Shown here piece by piece: positions 15,446-16,560 of a stretch of 16,560 bases of DNA. The stretch comes from Methanobacteriota archaeon (GTDB taxonomy: Archaea > JAADCQ01 > Methanopyri > Methanopyrales > Methanopyraceae): NCBI GenBank assembly GCA_027064305.1, contig JAMOPY010000014.1, forward strand, positions 1 through 16,560, read 5' to 3'. Numbering within the stretch: the stretch's first letter is position 1; each line of letters starts with the position of its first letter. The translations under genes were made by a program, and so were the position numbers. The notes below the pieces were generated by a model. That model was not told where the DNA came from and did not search any database. It saw only the letters and a list, made by a program, of their open reading frames with translations.

Positions 15446-15772
15446 GTGAGCATGGTCGAGGTGAGGATCTTCGTGGACCCGGAGAACGTGGGCAAGGTGA
15501 TGAACGCGATGGCGGACGCGGAGGTCACGGGATTCTACGTGGTGGAGTACCGGGGCGTGGCCCCGGACCGCTGGAAGGGGTTCGAGATTCAGGAGGACCC
15601 GGAGCACGCCATCAAGGCCCTGAACGACCTATCCGAGCGCGCGGTCATGGTGGTGACGATCATCCGGGAGGAGCACCTGGACGGGCTCGAAGAGGCCGTG
15701 AAGCGCCGGTTATCGGGCGAGCGGTACACGATCATCGTGAGCGACGTCCGGGAGATCAAGGTGGAGGGTTAG
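15446..15772 (+). CDS. MJ1244-family PII-like protein
   Basis: VRIFVDPENVGKVMNAM...VTGFYVVEYRGVAP..WKGF..QEDPE.AIK resembles this methanogen family as recalled. GGGGTGA RBS at 15433-15439. Confidence 0.75.
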   Translation: MSMVEVRIFVDPENVGKVMNAMADAEVTGFYVVEYRGVAPDRWKGFEIQEDPEHAIKALNDLSERAVMVVTIIREEHLDGLEEAVKRRLSGERYTIIVSDVREIKVEG

Positions 15773-16560
15773 GCGGCCCCGAACCGGCGGGAACGCGGCC
15801 GGAGCGGCACGATCGGCACGCAGGGCAGGTTCTGCGGCTTCTCCCCGCCCCCACGCGTCCCCTTGGCGGTGACGCGGGCCGGGACCCGCACGGTCTCCAC
15901 CACGACCGTGACCGGGTTGCTGAAGGAGGGGGTCACGAGCGACCCGCCCGGGAACATGGCCACGTACACGAACCGACCCGGACGCTTCGGGATCACCAGC
16001 AGCGGCGGCGTCTTACCGTCCGGCCCCGTGACCCACTCGCTCACCGCGCGGTTGCTTAGGATCGAGTAGTTCTCGAGGAGGAGGATCCGGGCGTTGGGGA
16101 TGGGGTCACCGCGGTGATCGGTCAGCACGGCCTGCAGCCTGAACGCCCGATCCCCGTCGGGCGTAGCGATCAACCTTAACCGGGCGCGCTCCAGGAACGT
16201 GCACGTCACCCGCTTGGATGCCGGCCGATACAGGTTACCGCCGTTGAACTTAACCTCGATCGTGAGCAGCCCCGGCTCATTCACCTTCACCGACGCTCGG
16301 AACCACCCGGACGCGTCCGGGTGCACGCTGATCGACCGATCCAGGCCGCACCCCTTGAACGAGATCGTGAGCCCGTCCGTGACGGGAACGCCGAACACCA
16401 CGTCCCGAAGCTCACCGCAGACGATCACGCGCTCCCCCACCACCCCCTCCCGCGGCAGCACCGAGACCGAGAGGTTGACCGGCAGCCGGGTCACGTCCCG
16501 GGTCAACCGGTGCACGACGACGCAATCCCGGATCCGAACCACCCTCCTTTCCCTCCCACC
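15769..16560 (-). CDS. Probably N-terminally truncated surface protein with Ig-like beta-sandwich repeats
   Basis: Frame stays open to the window edge. Two similar modules (GELRD..G.PV...D.SG.F...VKFNGGNLYRPAS / AVLTD..G.PI...GPDG...AMFPGGSLVTPSFS). Pro/Arg C-terminal tail. Confidence 0.6.
   Translation of the reverse strand, partial: GGRERRVVRIRDCVVVHRLTRDVTRLPVNLSVSVLPREGVVGERVIVCGELRDVVFGVPVTDGLTISFKGCGLDRSISVHPDASGWFRASVKVNEPGLLTIEVKFNGGNLYRPASKRVTCTFLERARLRLIATPDGDRAFRLQAVLTDHRGDPIPNARILLLENYSILSNRAVSEWVTGPDGKTPPLLVIPKRPGRFVYVAMFPGGSLVTPSFSNPVTVVVETVRVPARVTAKGTRGGGEKPQNLPCVPIVPLRPRSRRFGAA

Noticed and set aside
36-16069. Many long overlapping ORFs in the track (e.g. 461-1111, 987-2087, 5959-7158, 8961-10061, 10822-12078, 13025-14293, 14300-15409)
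   Set aside because: Shadow frames of real genes in high-GC DNA; R/G/P/A-rich with no recognisable motifs.
1-16560. CRISPR array, IS element or selenoprotein read-through
   Set aside because: No regularly spaced repeats, no transposase, and no in-frame TGA interrupting a recognisable protein were seen.

Overview
Very GC-rich archaeal window that looks like Methanopyrus/Methanopyri: both tRNA genes encode C8 and CCA, and TTG/GTG starts and 4-nt gene overlaps are frequent. Left part: a partial metal-dependent hydrolase gene (minus), then a + strand operon of a small Zn-ribbon ORF missing from the ORF track, a METTL5-family methyltransferase, a DHH/RecJ-like phosphoesterase, csl4, DUF2067, rpoL, DUF99 and DUF531. 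Middle: intron-containing tRNA-Trp(CCA) whose intron is a C/D guide, taw1, a Gate-domain membrane protein, alba, a CBS protein, hydantoinase/oxoprolinase A, tRNA-Cys(GCA) and a second oxoprolinase-like gene. Right part: a GH114/TM1410-like secreted hydrolase, a TtuA/NcsA-type thiolase, larC, a PII-like MJ1244 gene and a partial Ig-like surface protein. Features not in the ORF track include two stand-alone C/D box sRNAs (12067-12126 and 13175-13238, both minus), a near-identical 3' trailer/hairpin after both tRNAs, and a shared Pro-rich/Arg-rich C-terminal motif in two putative exported proteins. No CRISPR array or mobile element was seen. All family calls come from motif recognition, not database searches.
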